Source: an uncultured Ignavibacteriales bacterium (GTDB lineage: Bacteria > Zixibacteria > MSB-5A5 > GN15 > FEB-12). Taken from it: a stretch of DNA of 60,964 bases. The stretch covers positions 3,451 through 64,414 of the forward strand of contig CAZUAS010000002.1 of assembly GCA_964618515.1 (NCBI GenBank). Direction: 5' to 3'. Shown here in pieces: positions 9,661-18,672 of the stretch (position 1 is the stretch's first letter; each line of letters opens with the position of its first letter). Position numbers and translations under genes: made by a program. The notes under the pieces are model-generated. The model was not told where the DNA came from. It did no database searches and saw only the letters and a list, made by a program, of their open reading frames with translations.

Positions 9661-10821
9661 ATGTCAATTGTACGCCGAAAGGAACAGGGTTTCAGCCTTA
9701 TCGAGCTGACGGTTTTCATGGTCGTTATCGGCATCATGCTGACGGTGGCTATGAAATCGATGACCACCGTCACCGAAGATATCCGCCGGACGAAGACGCT
9801 GCAGGAGATGGAGTCACTGGCAAAAGGGATTACGGGTAACCCGGATATCATGACCGGTGGCCTTCGTTCAGATTTCGGATATGTCGGCGATGTCGGAGCC
9901 TTCCCTCCCAGCTTGCAGGCTCTGGTAACCAATCCGGGTTACAGTACCTGGCACGGTCCATATTTGCTTGCCGGGTTTGTTCAAGACACCGAGGGCTACC
10001 GCCTTGATGAATGGGGACAACCTTATGTTTATGACGGTGGTTTGTATATTACGTCCACTGGAAGCGGCGCCAATCTTACCAAAAAAATCGCTGATAACAC
10101 CTCGGATTATCTTTCAAATTCATATCAAGCCCTTCTACATGATGCCGCTAACAATCCGCCCGGTGTAATTTATCGCGATTCGGTCACTGTCAGGATAACC
10201 GTTCCCGATGGTTCCGGGACAACTCTCACCAAAAACTATCCGGTCGATTCCGCGGGTTTATTCACTCTGGATTCACTTCCAGTCGGGAAACATCCCCTGT
10301 GCATGATATACACTCCCCGGGTTGACACACTTTTACGTTATATTACCATCCTTCCTCGCCATAAAAGTCAATCTCTTCCGGTTTTTCAATTTGCCGCCGC
10401 TTATTTTTCCGGTGAGACCGAAACCGTTTACGACAGTGCTCTGACAAAAATCAGCGGCTCTGATTCCATTTACAGCGGTTTTTGCAATAACATCTCCCTG
10501 TGGATTCAAAATAACACCGGTGTAAGTGTCACCATAAATTCCTTAAAATTGACCTGGTCCGGTCCGACTGCCTATTATCGCTATGTTATCTGGGACGGTA
10601 CTACGGTTTTCAACCGTAACAATCCCAAAGCCGCTTCGGGCGAAACGGTCTTTTTCACCTCCGGCCAAACCATTGCCCAGGGGGAAAGTTTTAAGATACA
10701 AATCGCGGATTTCCGCAACCAGCCGAATGGCGGTTCACGGGTTAATATGCACAATACTAACTTTACCCTGGAACTTTCCGACGGGTCAACTTTGAGTGTT
10801 ACAGTGGGGAGCTGTCCATGA
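9661..10821 (+). CDS. GspG-like pseudopilin with beta-sandwich module and an extra ~130-aa C-terminal domain, long form
   Basis: 386 aa. QG|FSLIELTVFMVVIGIM, then FGYVGDVGAFPPSLQALVTNPGYSTWHGPY, then VTVRITVPDG...LDSLPVGKHPL. Extra domain ...SLKLTWSGPTAYYRYVIWDGTTVFNRNNPKAASGE... ends in GSCP. Its stop overlaps the next start (ATGA). Confidence 0.75.
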   Translation: MSIVRRKEQGFSLIELTVFMVVIGIMLTVAMKSMTTVTEDIRRTKTLQEMESLAKGITGNPDIMTGGLRSDFGYVGDVGAFPPSLQALVTNPGYSTWHGPYLLAGFVQDTEGYRLDEWGQPYVYDGGLYITSTGSGANLTKKIADNTSDYLSNSYQALLHDAANNPPGVIYRDSVTVRITVPDGSGTTLTKNYPVDSAGLFTLDSLPVGKHPLCMIYTPRVDTLLRYITILPRHKSQSLPVFQFAAAYFSGETETVYDSALTKISGSDSIYSGFCNNISLWIQNNTGVSVTINSLKLTWSGPTAYYRYVIWDGTTVFNRNNPKAASGETVFFTSGQTIAQGESFKIQIADFRNQPNGGSRVNMHNTNFTLELSDGSTLSVTVGSCP

Positions 10822-11981
10822 CAGGAGTTCATGATTCTAAAGGCTTCACCCTGGTGGAAATCGTTATGGTTATTGTTATCACCGGTATCCTGGCTACCAT
10901 AGCTTTTCAGGCCGGGTCGAATGTTTACGATACGGCTCGAGTTGAGGAAACCAGGCAGGAACTTGACGCCCTGGCTTTTGCCATTACCGGCAATCCAGCT
11001 TTAAATAACGATGGCGTGCGTTCAGATTTTGGTTATGTAGGCGATATCGGAGCAATGCCGCCCAGTCTTGACGCCTTGGTGCAAAATCCCGGCGATTACA
11101 GTACCTGGAGGGGACCGTATTTCCAGAATCGTTTTTCCCAGATAACCGATGATTATAAAACCGACGCCTGGGGTAAGACCTATCTATATAATGGGGTCAC
11201 TATCGCCAGTCAGGGTAAAATAGTCGGGGGCGGCTGTGGCGGCCCGGTGACATCCGGTGACATTATCCGACGAATATGCAATTCCACCAGTGACCTTCTT
11301 CTCAACCGGGTCAGCGGTACGGTTTTCGACCGTCATGGCACGCCGCCGGGGTATGACTACCGGGATTCCTTGCGCGTGGTTCTGACTGTCCCCGACGGTG
11401 CCGGTAATCTTGCCCGGCGTACCGTCTCGGTAAACTCCGGCGGTTATTTCTCTTTCGATTCGATTCCCATCGGCAATCATGACCTGGCGATAATTTTTCT
11501 GCCTGACCATGACACCCTCCATCGTTTCGTTTCCGTAACGCCTAAATCCTCGGTGTACCAGGAATATTATCTCTCCCGAAGTTTATCCTCGGCTAGTTTG
11601 TCCGAACTGACCAAAATCAACTACTCCGATTCTTTAAATAGCGATTGTCATGGTTTTTATTTCTGGATTAAAAACAACTCCGGCAGTGATATCACCATAA
11701 ACTCGATAGTTCTGCTCTGGAGCAGTCCGACGGCTTATTATCGATATGCCCGGTGGCAGGGAACGACTGTTTTCAACCGTTCCAATCCCAAAGCTGCATC
11801 AGGGGAATTAATCAGTTTCAGCCCGCAGACAATAAGTCCCGGGGAGACTATCAAAATTGAATTCGATGATTTTCGCACCTTCCCCAACGGCGGTTCACCG
11901 GTGAATATGAACAACACCAGTTTCAATATTGCCTTCTCCGACGGTTCTATCCTTGAGGCTGCAACGGGAGCCTGTCCATGA
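10818..11981 (+). CDS. GspG-like pseudopilin, long-form paralog
   Basis: 387 aa. KG|FTLVEIVMVIVITGIL, then FGYVGDIGAMPPSLDALVQNPGDYSTWRGPY. The C-terminal domain matches the previous gene (PTAYYRYARWQGTTVFNRSNPKAASGE) and ends in GACP. The same TGTCCATGA overlap junction leads into the next gene. Confidence 0.75.
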   Translation: MTGVHDSKGFTLVEIVMVIVITGILATIAFQAGSNVYDTARVEETRQELDALAFAITGNPALNNDGVRSDFGYVGDIGAMPPSLDALVQNPGDYSTWRGPYFQNRFSQITDDYKTDAWGKTYLYNGVTIASQGKIVGGGCGGPVTSGDIIRRICNSTSDLLLNRVSGTVFDRHGTPPGYDYRDSLRVVLTVPDGAGNLARRTVSVNSGGYFSFDSIPIGNHDLAIIFLPDHDTLHRFVSVTPKSSVYQEYYLSRSLSSASLSELTKINYSDSLNSDCHGFYFWIKNNSGSDITINSIVLLWSSPTAYYRYARWQGTTVFNRSNPKAASGELISFSPQTISPGETIKIEFDDFRTFPNGGSPVNMNNTSFNIAFSDGSILEAATGACP

Positions 11982-12712
11982 ACAAACATCATGACAATTA
12001 TGGATTCACTCTTGTAGAACTGGTGATAGTTATAATAATAATCGGTATTATCGCAGCTATTGCCACCCGCCAGATGTCCGGGACAATCGAAACCGCCCGC
12101 ATGGAACAGACCAAAAAAGAAATGGACCAGTTGGCGCGGGCAATCGCCGGCGACCCGGCTTTGTATTCCGGTCAGTCACGAATGGATTTCGGGTATGTAG
12201 GGGATGTAGGTGCTTTGCCGCCGGATCTCGATGCCTTGGTGCAAAACCCCGGCAGCTATGCCACCTGGAAGGGTCCTTATATGACTCAGGGATTTGACTC
12301 TGATGACTTTAAAAAAGACGGCTGGAACACGCCCTATATTTACATCGACACTCTTATACGCTCCACCGGGTCCGGAAGTAATATCGATAAGCTTTTTGCC
12401 GTAAGTACAGCCGCTTTACTTAATAACCGCCTTGAAGGTGTCATAACGGACGCTGACAATACCATGCCGGGCATCGTCTATCGCGATTCATTAATCATCC
12501 ACTTATCATATCCTGATGGTATCGGTGGAATAACGACCGCCTTAACCAATCCCAATATCACCGGCAATTTTTATTTTGACGGCCTTCCCATAGGTAATCA
12601 TAACCTGGAAATTATTTATCTTCCGGATAGTGACACTGTAACTTATCCGGTCAGCATCCATCCCGGCCGAACCGCAAAAATCAATATCACCTTCCCTGCC
12701 GACTTGTGGTGA
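11978..12712 (+). CDS. GspG-like pseudopilin, short-form paralog
   Basis: 244 aa. YG|FTLVELVIVIIIIGII, then FGYVGDVGALPPDLDALVQNPGSYATWKGPY, then IIHLSYPDG...FDGLPIGNHNLEIIYLPDSDTV. Ends in DLW. Confidence 0.75.
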   Translation: MNKHHDNYGFTLVELVIVIIIIGIIAAIATRQMSGTIETARMEQTKKEMDQLARAIAGDPALYSGQSRMDFGYVGDVGALPPDLDALVQNPGSYATWKGPYMTQGFDSDDFKKDGWNTPYIYIDTLIRSTGSGSNIDKLFAVSTAALLNNRLEGVITDADNTMPGIVYRDSLIIHLSYPDGIGGITTALTNPNITGNFYFDGLPIGNHNLEIIYLPDSDTVTYPVSIHPGRTAKINITFPADLW

Positions 12713-12760
12713 CAAACCGTTCAATTACCCCGCTACGAATGGCAGTGTGATATTATTTCC

Positions 12761-13915
12761 TCAGTTGCATACTTCTTCTTTTATATCAAGTTTAATACCC
12801 CGTTTTTTCAACTGGGGAATAAACAGGGAGGATTTGACGGCGATTTCCTGGGGCTTAACACCTCGTTCAGTTATTTGACCCGAAGCCGCCATCCAGGCGA
12901 TAATTGCGATTGGAAAAGCGGTGGTACGCATCATGGCCGTCAAGCCGGAGCGGGTATCCTGACGGTCAACAATTTCATAAACCGTTTTTATTGTCTTGCC
13001 GTTTTTTTCACCTTCGAATATCAGCCTGACCAAAACCATATCGAGGTCGTCTTCATAACTGAGATTACGGTCGAGGACCGCCTTGAATACTTCCCTCGGT
13101 TCGATTTTTTGTCCCCCGATATTGAGCGGTTGCCGTGAAGCCAGGCCTATCTCCAGCATGGGCTTGAATAACCTGCAATGACCGGGATAACGGATGGTTT
13201 TATAATCCAGAAAGTCAATTCGCCCCAGGTAGGTATCGGGCAGGGTCGAGGTACCGCCGGAGGTATAGAAAGCCTCGAACTCGCCGACACCGTCGAACTC
13301 CAGGCTTTCCACTGCGGTCATGGGGTGGACCATCTTTTTCTGACCATCTTCAAGAATAACACATGGTTCCCAGTATTCGTTTATCAAACCCTCAGCTGAA
13401 AAAACCATTTTATAATTTAGTGGCGGACGGGGCGACTGGGGTAACCCTCCAACCCGTATTTTTAAAGAACGCACCCGGTCATAACGGTTGAAACCATCAG
13501 CGGCGAAGATGGACACCATTCCCGGAGCCAGGCCGCAATCGGGGATAACAATAATCCCGGCTGAAGCTGCCGGGTCATTCATTTCCAGCTGCTGCTGTAC
13601 TACGTTATTATTGCCGCCAAGATCCATAAAATGACAACCGGCTTTTATTGCCGCCCGGGTCAGCCCGGGGTTGTATTTATAAGTCACGCAGGAAACAGCT
13701 GCATCATAGCCCCTCAAAATCTCCGCTACCAGGTCTTCATCAGCGGCATCAAGCTGACCAGCCACCGCTTTGCCGCCCCCGTATTTTTCACCCATCCTTC
13801 GGGCCAGTTCCGCATCAATATCATAAATACCCACGGCTTCAATACCATCCACCCGTGCCAGGTCATACAAGGCTGCCCGTCCCATCAAACCGGCTCCAAT
13901 AACAGCTATTTTCAT
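12761..13915 (-). CDS. Saccharopine dehydrogenase-family NAD(P)-binding oxidoreductase
   Basis: 384 aa. Rossmann start MKIAVIGAGLMGRAALYDL. Length and two-domain layout fit the saccharopine dehydrogenase-like family. Confidence 0.75.
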   Translation of the reverse strand: MKIAVIGAGLMGRAALYDLARVDGIEAVGIYDIDAELARRMGEKYGGGKAVAGQLDAADEDLVAEILRGYDAAVSCVTYKYNPGLTRAAIKAGCHFMDLGGNNNVVQQQLEMNDPAASAGIIVIPDCGLAPGMVSIFAADGFNRYDRVRSLKIRVGGLPQSPRPPLNYKMVFSAEGLINEYWEPCVILEDGQKKMVHPMTAVESLEFDGVGEFEAFYTSGGTSTLPDTYLGRIDFLDYKTIRYPGHCRLFKPMLEIGLASRQPLNIGGQKIEPREVFKAVLDRNLSYEDDLDMVLVRLIFEGEKNGKTIKTVYEIVDRQDTRSGLTAMMRTTAFPIAIIAWMAASGQITERGVKPQEIAVKSSLFIPQLKKRGIKLDIKEEVCN

Positions 13916-14039
13916 TCTCTGTCTCCTTTTCTTAACCGGTGAATATATATGAATTTTCTATTTTAAAAAGATAATTTATTGCCCCTTAAATAAGAAAAAG
14001 GGTTCCTCTGCCGATAATATATGTAAAATATAAATTTAA

Positions 14040-14372
14040 ATGAAAATCATATCCGGTATAAATCATCAAATGACCAGAACAATTGAACAAAAGATTCAGA
14101 CACAAGACCCGGCCGATATATTAAATAGGCTGCGACCGTTTATATTACGTTGCCTGAAACTTAACCATGAAATCAACAACCCTCTGGCTGGAATTCTCGG
14201 ATATACGGAATTTCTGCTTGAAGAAGAAACCCTGTCAGAAATCCAACGGGACTGTGTCCATCAAATAATGTCCTGTGCCGACCGGATAGAAAAAGAGATC
14301 AGCCGGTTATGTCAGGAAAAAATAGAACTCGCAGGGCGTCTCGATTTAAAGCAAATCTTCCCCGAGGAATAA
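14040..14372 (+). CDS. Stand-alone HisKA (DHp) phosphoacceptor-domain protein with no ATPase domain
   Basis: 110-aa ORF. NtrB-type H-box LKLNHEINNPLAGILGYTEFLLEE is followed by a second helix. There is no HATPase_c and no sensor domain. No clear SD precedes the start, so expression is uncertain. Confidence 0.5.
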   Translation: MKIISGINHQMTRTIEQKIQTQDPADILNRLRPFILRCLKLNHEINNPLAGILGYTEFLLEEETLSEIQRDCVHQIMSCADRIEKEISRLCQEKIELAGRLDLKQIFPEE

Positions 14373-14384
14373 AAAGAACCGCTT

Positions 14385-16556
14385 TTAAATTAAATTATTA
14401 ATTTTACGAATAATCCATTCCACTGATAAAAAGGTGATAAAAAGTAACAACAGCCAGAATTTATTCCACAAAACGACTTCCTTTTGAGTTAATTCCATAA
14501 CCATCTCCAGGTCCATGCTGTTAACGGCTTCGTTGAACCGGTCATAAGTAAAATACCCACCAGCGGTTATCGATGACAGCGCCATTAAACCGGTGTGATC
14601 GCCGCTCTGGTCGAATTCTTCCAGCGAGAAGACTTCTACTACCAGCCGGCCCCGGTTGTTTTTTAATATCTGCCCGCCCTTTTCAAGGTTAGCAGTATAA
14701 GTATATCTACCGGGCGGTATTTTAACCAGCTCAGCCTGTAATTGTCCGGGGGAACTTTCGATAAAATCCTGTTCGAAAATGTCGCTGCCGTTATCATTTT
14801 CCAGCCGCACAACCCCCGTAACTTCCGGCAAAGGCCGAAAACCCTGGTCATAGGCCCGAGCCTTGAAACGCACCGTTTCACCACGGCTGAAGACTTCTTT
14901 TTCCGGAGTTACTCTTACCGGCTCGAAATCATCCTGTACCGTCAACCAGCTGATCATCCCTTCCATAAATTTACCATAATTGCTGTCATCCTCACCGAAG
15001 CCCAGTTTGATAAAACCCCAGCTCCAGAACGGCAGGGCGGCGCTGGCAATAACTTTTCCGGGACCGAACCGCCGGTAGCCCAGAAGCGGGGCTTTATCAC
15101 CCGGCCGTCTTATATCGGCAGCCGTCACCAGAACCACGCCTTCGGGGTCAACCACATCACATCGGACCAGCATCTTAAACGGCGGCAGATTTGCCCAGAT
15201 CTCCCGGATGGCATTGCGGTCATCGGCCAGCCTCACCACCGGATGGAAAAGGTTTTGCTCCGAGGGTTCGCCGTGGAAATCGAAATATTCAACCGGTGAC
15301 TTCTGCGATTGATAATACGGCAGCAGGCTGTTGAACCAGCCGACCGGTCCCCGGCCGGCGTACTGTTGCCCCAGAATAATCCACAGAGCTCCCCCTTTTT
15401 CACTAAGATAAGTCTTTAAAATATCCTGCCGGGTTTCAAACTTGACCGGGTCTGGGTCATGCAGGATTACCAAGTCATAGCGGTTCAGGTCAGTTTGCCG
15501 GACAGGAAAAAGACCTGACAGGTTACCAGCCTTATCACCGGTAACGGTTAAAACCACGTCATATTTATCCGCCTGAAGTAAAAACCGCCGGAGAAAACCG
15601 ACTTCATAATCCGGGTGGTCCGTCACCAGCAAAATAAGCAGGCGATTCTTCAACACTTTAACTGAAATGGTTTTAAGATTATTGCCGGTTGTTTCCTCGC
15701 CTTCCTGCGGTACAATTTTAACCTGGAACAATTTCTGACCGGGTTCTTCAGGGGTGTAAGACAGGGTAACATCGCCAAAGCCGCCTTCCTGAGATATCGC
15801 CAGCCGGGTTTCATCCAAAATTTTCGTACTGTCAGCCAGTTGGACGGTAATATTTTTTCCGGCGGCATTATGCCAGTTGAGCTTGAGTTTCACTTCGGTC
15901 GGTTGACCTACAAAAACCACCGGGTTGAAGTTGATGCCTTCCAGCCCGATATCGAAATTCGCCGCCTTACCGGACATATCCACACATAAAAGGGGGGTTT
16001 TTGAACCGCGTAGCGCCTCAACCGGCTGACGCCCGGAATTCGATTTACCGTCGGAAAATAACAACCAGTAATCCGAGGCTTCGATAAGGTCAATTTTCTT
16101 CAGCTCATAGAGAGCTTCGCCCAGGGCTGTTCGGTCACGGTCTACATTTTTCTCCGAAACGGCCAAATTACCGCCAAAATAAAAAATTTTCATATTCACC
16201 CGGTCTTTTAAACGGGCAAAATCGGCCGATTTCAATAGCGAATCAAGCCGGGCTTTACGTGATTTATCCTTCTCCACTCGTTCCATGCTGGAAGAGCCGT
16301 CAATAAGAACCGTTACTTTTTTTGGCCTTTTAAATTCCCGGGCATAACTGAGAACCGGTTCCAGTAAAGCCAGACACAGTGCCAGTACCGCCATCACCCT
16401 GAGAAAAATGAAAACTGTTTTCAGAAAAAGCGTCACCGGTGGATTGGTTCGCCGGTACAACCAGAAGGACATTAAAAGTAAACCGGCCAGCGCCAGCCAG
16501 ACCATAACCTGGTGCCCGGATAAAAAATCAATAGAGATATCTTTAAAACCGAACAT
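14385..16556 (-). CDS. vWA-domain membrane protein (BatA/N-terminal double-TM-like architecture)
   Basis: 723 aa. Two N-terminal TM helices, MIDAS-like VTVLIDGSSSM, a large extracytoplasmic region and a C-terminal TM anchor FWLLLLFITFLSVEWII. Confidence 0.6.
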   Translation of the reverse strand: MFGFKDISIDFLSGHQVMVWLALAGLLLMSFWLYRRTNPPVTLFLKTVFIFLRVMAVLALCLALLEPVLSYAREFKRPKKVTVLIDGSSSMERVEKDKSRKARLDSLLKSADFARLKDRVNMKIFYFGGNLAVSEKNVDRDRTALGEALYELKKIDLIEASDYWLLFSDGKSNSGRQPVEALRGSKTPLLCVDMSGKAANFDIGLEGINFNPVVFVGQPTEVKLKLNWHNAAGKNITVQLADSTKILDETRLAISQEGGFGDVTLSYTPEEPGQKLFQVKIVPQEGEETTGNNLKTISVKVLKNRLLILLVTDHPDYEVGFLRRFLLQADKYDVVLTVTGDKAGNLSGLFPVRQTDLNRYDLVILHDPDPVKFETRQDILKTYLSEKGGALWIILGQQYAGRGPVGWFNSLLPYYQSQKSPVEYFDFHGEPSEQNLFHPVVRLADDRNAIREIWANLPPFKMLVRCDVVDPEGVVLVTAADIRRPGDKAPLLGYRRFGPGKVIASAALPFWSWGFIKLGFGEDDSNYGKFMEGMISWLTVQDDFEPVRVTPEKEVFSRGETVRFKARAYDQGFRPLPEVTGVVRLENDNGSDIFEQDFIESSPGQLQAELVKIPPGRYTYTANLEKGGQILKNNRGRLVVEVFSLEEFDQSGDHTGLMALSSITAGGYFTYDRFNEAVNSMDLEMVMELTQKEVVLWNKFWLLLLFITFLSVEWIIRKINNLI

Positions 16557-16644
16557 GACTACAATATACCAGCTCTAACCGGTTAAGTTAATGAAAAAAA
16601 ACATAATACTGATTTTACCGTGGAAACAAACTGAAGTTGCAAAA

Positions 16645-17646
16645 TTATGACGTCCGGGCTATGGTGTATTTAACCATACTGGTCAGGGATTCATAATAAG
16701 CGGAATTGCTGATAGGTAAGATACTTTCAAGCCCCTGCTGACACAGTTCATCAGCTTTTTTATAAGCGTATTCGATGCCGCCGTTTTCGTTCACAAAATC
16801 ATAGACCAGCCGGAACGAATCTTCGTTTCCCTGTTTTAACTGCTTGATTATATCGCTTCCCCCTGCAGCTGTCACTTTTTTCAGTGAGTATATGAGCGGT
16901 AGAGTTACTTTACCGGTCATTACATCATTGCCGGGCTCCTTCCCGATGGTTTCCGCGTCGCCGACGAAATCCAGAAGGTCATCGACAATTTGAAAAGCCA
17001 CCCCGATTTTTTCACCGAAGGAGGCAAACTTACGTCTTTCGGAATGGTTCTTTTTCTTTAAAATCGGTCCCGCTTCACAGGACACATTAAAAAGCGAAGC
17101 CGTTTTGTCGGCAATGATATCAAGGTATTCCTCTTCGGAAAGCGCATAATTGCCGGTTTCCTCAATCTGCCGCAACTCACCGATGGAGACCCGCGAGGTA
17201 GCCAGGGAAACGGCGTTAATCAAATCCATAGAATTGACATCCACCATGATGCGGAAAGCCTTGGCAAAAAGATAGTCGCCCATCAATACCGAAATCAGGT
17301 TCGTCCACTGGGCATTGACCGTCTTCTGACCGCGTCGTAAATGAGATTCGTCCACGACATCATCATGCAGAAGAGTTGCGGTGTGAATCAACTCTATGGC
17401 CAGCGAAGCATCGACCGAAATCTCGGTGTAGTTATCCGATGCCCGAGATGAAAGAAACAAAAAAGCCGGGCGTATCCTTTTCCCGCGGGATTTTAACAGG
17501 TGCCGGGCAATAGAAGAAATTAACGGCGAATCCCCCCGCAGATAATCACTCAGCTTTTCTTCAAACAAATCTAGGTCCGAATGGACAGGCCGGGTGTATT
17601 CCTGTAATCTGTTTATATCCAGCATTTTCAATATATACGTTTCCAA
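16645..17646 (-). CDS. Polyprenyl diphosphate synthase (trans-IPPS, long-chain type)
   Basis: 333 aa. First Asp-rich motif LLHDDVVDES and second Asp-rich motif FQIVDDLLDF. Confidence 0.9.
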   Translation of the reverse strand: METYILKMLDINRLQEYTRPVHSDLDLFEEKLSDYLRGDSPLISSIARHLLKSRGKRIRPAFLFLSSRASDNYTEISVDASLAIELIHTATLLHDDVVDESHLRRGQKTVNAQWTNLISVLMGDYLFAKAFRIMVDVNSMDLINAVSLATSRVSIGELRQIEETGNYALSEEEYLDIIADKTASLFNVSCEAGPILKKKNHSERRKFASFGEKIGVAFQIVDDLLDFVGDAETIGKEPGNDVMTGKVTLPLIYSLKKVTAAGGSDIIKQLKQGNEDSFRLVYDFVNENGGIEYAYKKADELCQQGLESILPISNSAYYESLTSMVKYTIARTS

Positions 17647-17783
17647 AAACAGGTTTTACATTTTTAAATATGCTTTTTTTCATGACTTGTCAATGGAATT
17701 AAAAAGAATTGTATCCTTATTCCCCTTATCCATAATTTGTTTGTGGACAACATATTTAACGATCATTATAAATAAATATGACC

Positions 17784-18614
17784 CTAATTTCCATATTCGG
17801 GAAACAGGAATTTTCTGATTCCGTTTTTATAAGAAATACTGTTCAGGTACTCACGGTCGTTATGTGAACCGCATAGTTCGATAAAATACTTCGGTTCCGG
17901 GGCAAGATTATATAACTTCCGGCCCATTTCGTAAGGAATCATATCATCATCAGGCGAATGGGTTACCAGCACCGGACAGGACAGTAAACCAATTTTGGCG
18001 GCGGAATCAAATTTATAGCGGAGTAAATACCTGACCGGGAAAAAGGGGAACATTTTCTGCCCCAGTTCCGCAACCGAGGTAAAAGAAGACTCCACAATCA
18101 CCCCGCCACAGGAAACTTTAAAAGCCGTTTCAACAGCTACGGCGCCGCCGAGGGACCGCCCGAACAGGATAATATCCGCATTCGCAATATTCTTTTCCTG
18201 CACCAGCCAGTTGAAGGCGGCCAGGGCATCCTCGTAAACACCCGCTTCGGAGGGCTTGCCGTCGGAACGACCATAACCGCGGTAATCAAATAAAAGCACA
18301 TTGACATTAAAACTTGTGAAAAACTGAACCGTTTCGAGCCGATGAGAAATATTGCCGGCGTTCCCGTGGCAGAATAAAACCGTCTTGTCCCCCGGCATCG
18401 AGGGAAAATACCAGGCATGAATTTTTTGACCGGGAACAATCTCAATTAAAACATCTTCAAAGACCAAGTTCAATTCATCCGGGGTGACAGCCAATTCTCT
18501 CACGGGCATAAAAACCATACGGCCCTGGTTGAAATACAAATAAAGACCGATAGCCAGAAAAACTCCAAAAAGAACCAAAAAAAGCCAGGTTATCATTTTA
18601 AATACTTTCAGCAA
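17784..18614 (-). CDS. Alpha/beta hydrolase with N-terminal membrane anchor
   Basis: 276 aa. N-terminal TM helix, HGNAGN oxyanion region and nucleophile elbow GRSLGG. Confidence 0.8.
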   Translation of the reverse strand: MLKVFKMITWLFLVLFGVFLAIGLYLYFNQGRMVFMPVRELAVTPDELNLVFEDVLIEIVPGQKIHAWYFPSMPGDKTVLFCHGNAGNISHRLETVQFFTSFNVNVLLFDYRGYGRSDGKPSEAGVYEDALAAFNWLVQEKNIANADIILFGRSLGGAVAVETAFKVSCGGVIVESSFTSVAELGQKMFPFFPVRYLLRYKFDSAAKIGLLSCPVLVTHSPDDDMIPYEMGRKLYNLAPEPKYFIELCGSHNDREYLNSISYKNGIRKFLFPEYGN

Positions 18615-18672
18615 TTATCCAGCCTGCATAAAATATATGTTCGTGGAAATATATGCGGACGCTATCCGCAGG

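Noticed and set aside
10807-10821. Shared C-terminal Cys-Pro ending of the two long pseudopilins (GSCP, GACP) and of the SBBP giant (PDCP), considered as a possible sorting or processing signal
   Set aside because: In the pseudopilins the CP-stop is part of the duplicated TGTCCATGA overlap junction. In the SBBP protein it belongs to the repeated dockerin-like unit (PLCCP / PLPDCP). The resemblance is most simply coincidental.
17594-17818. 74-aa ORF in the AT-rich gap between the polyprenyl synthase and hydrolase genes
   Set aside because: It overlaps both neighbouring CDS ends, has no SD, and its Ile/Phe/Asn-rich content reflects the AT-rich promoter DNA.
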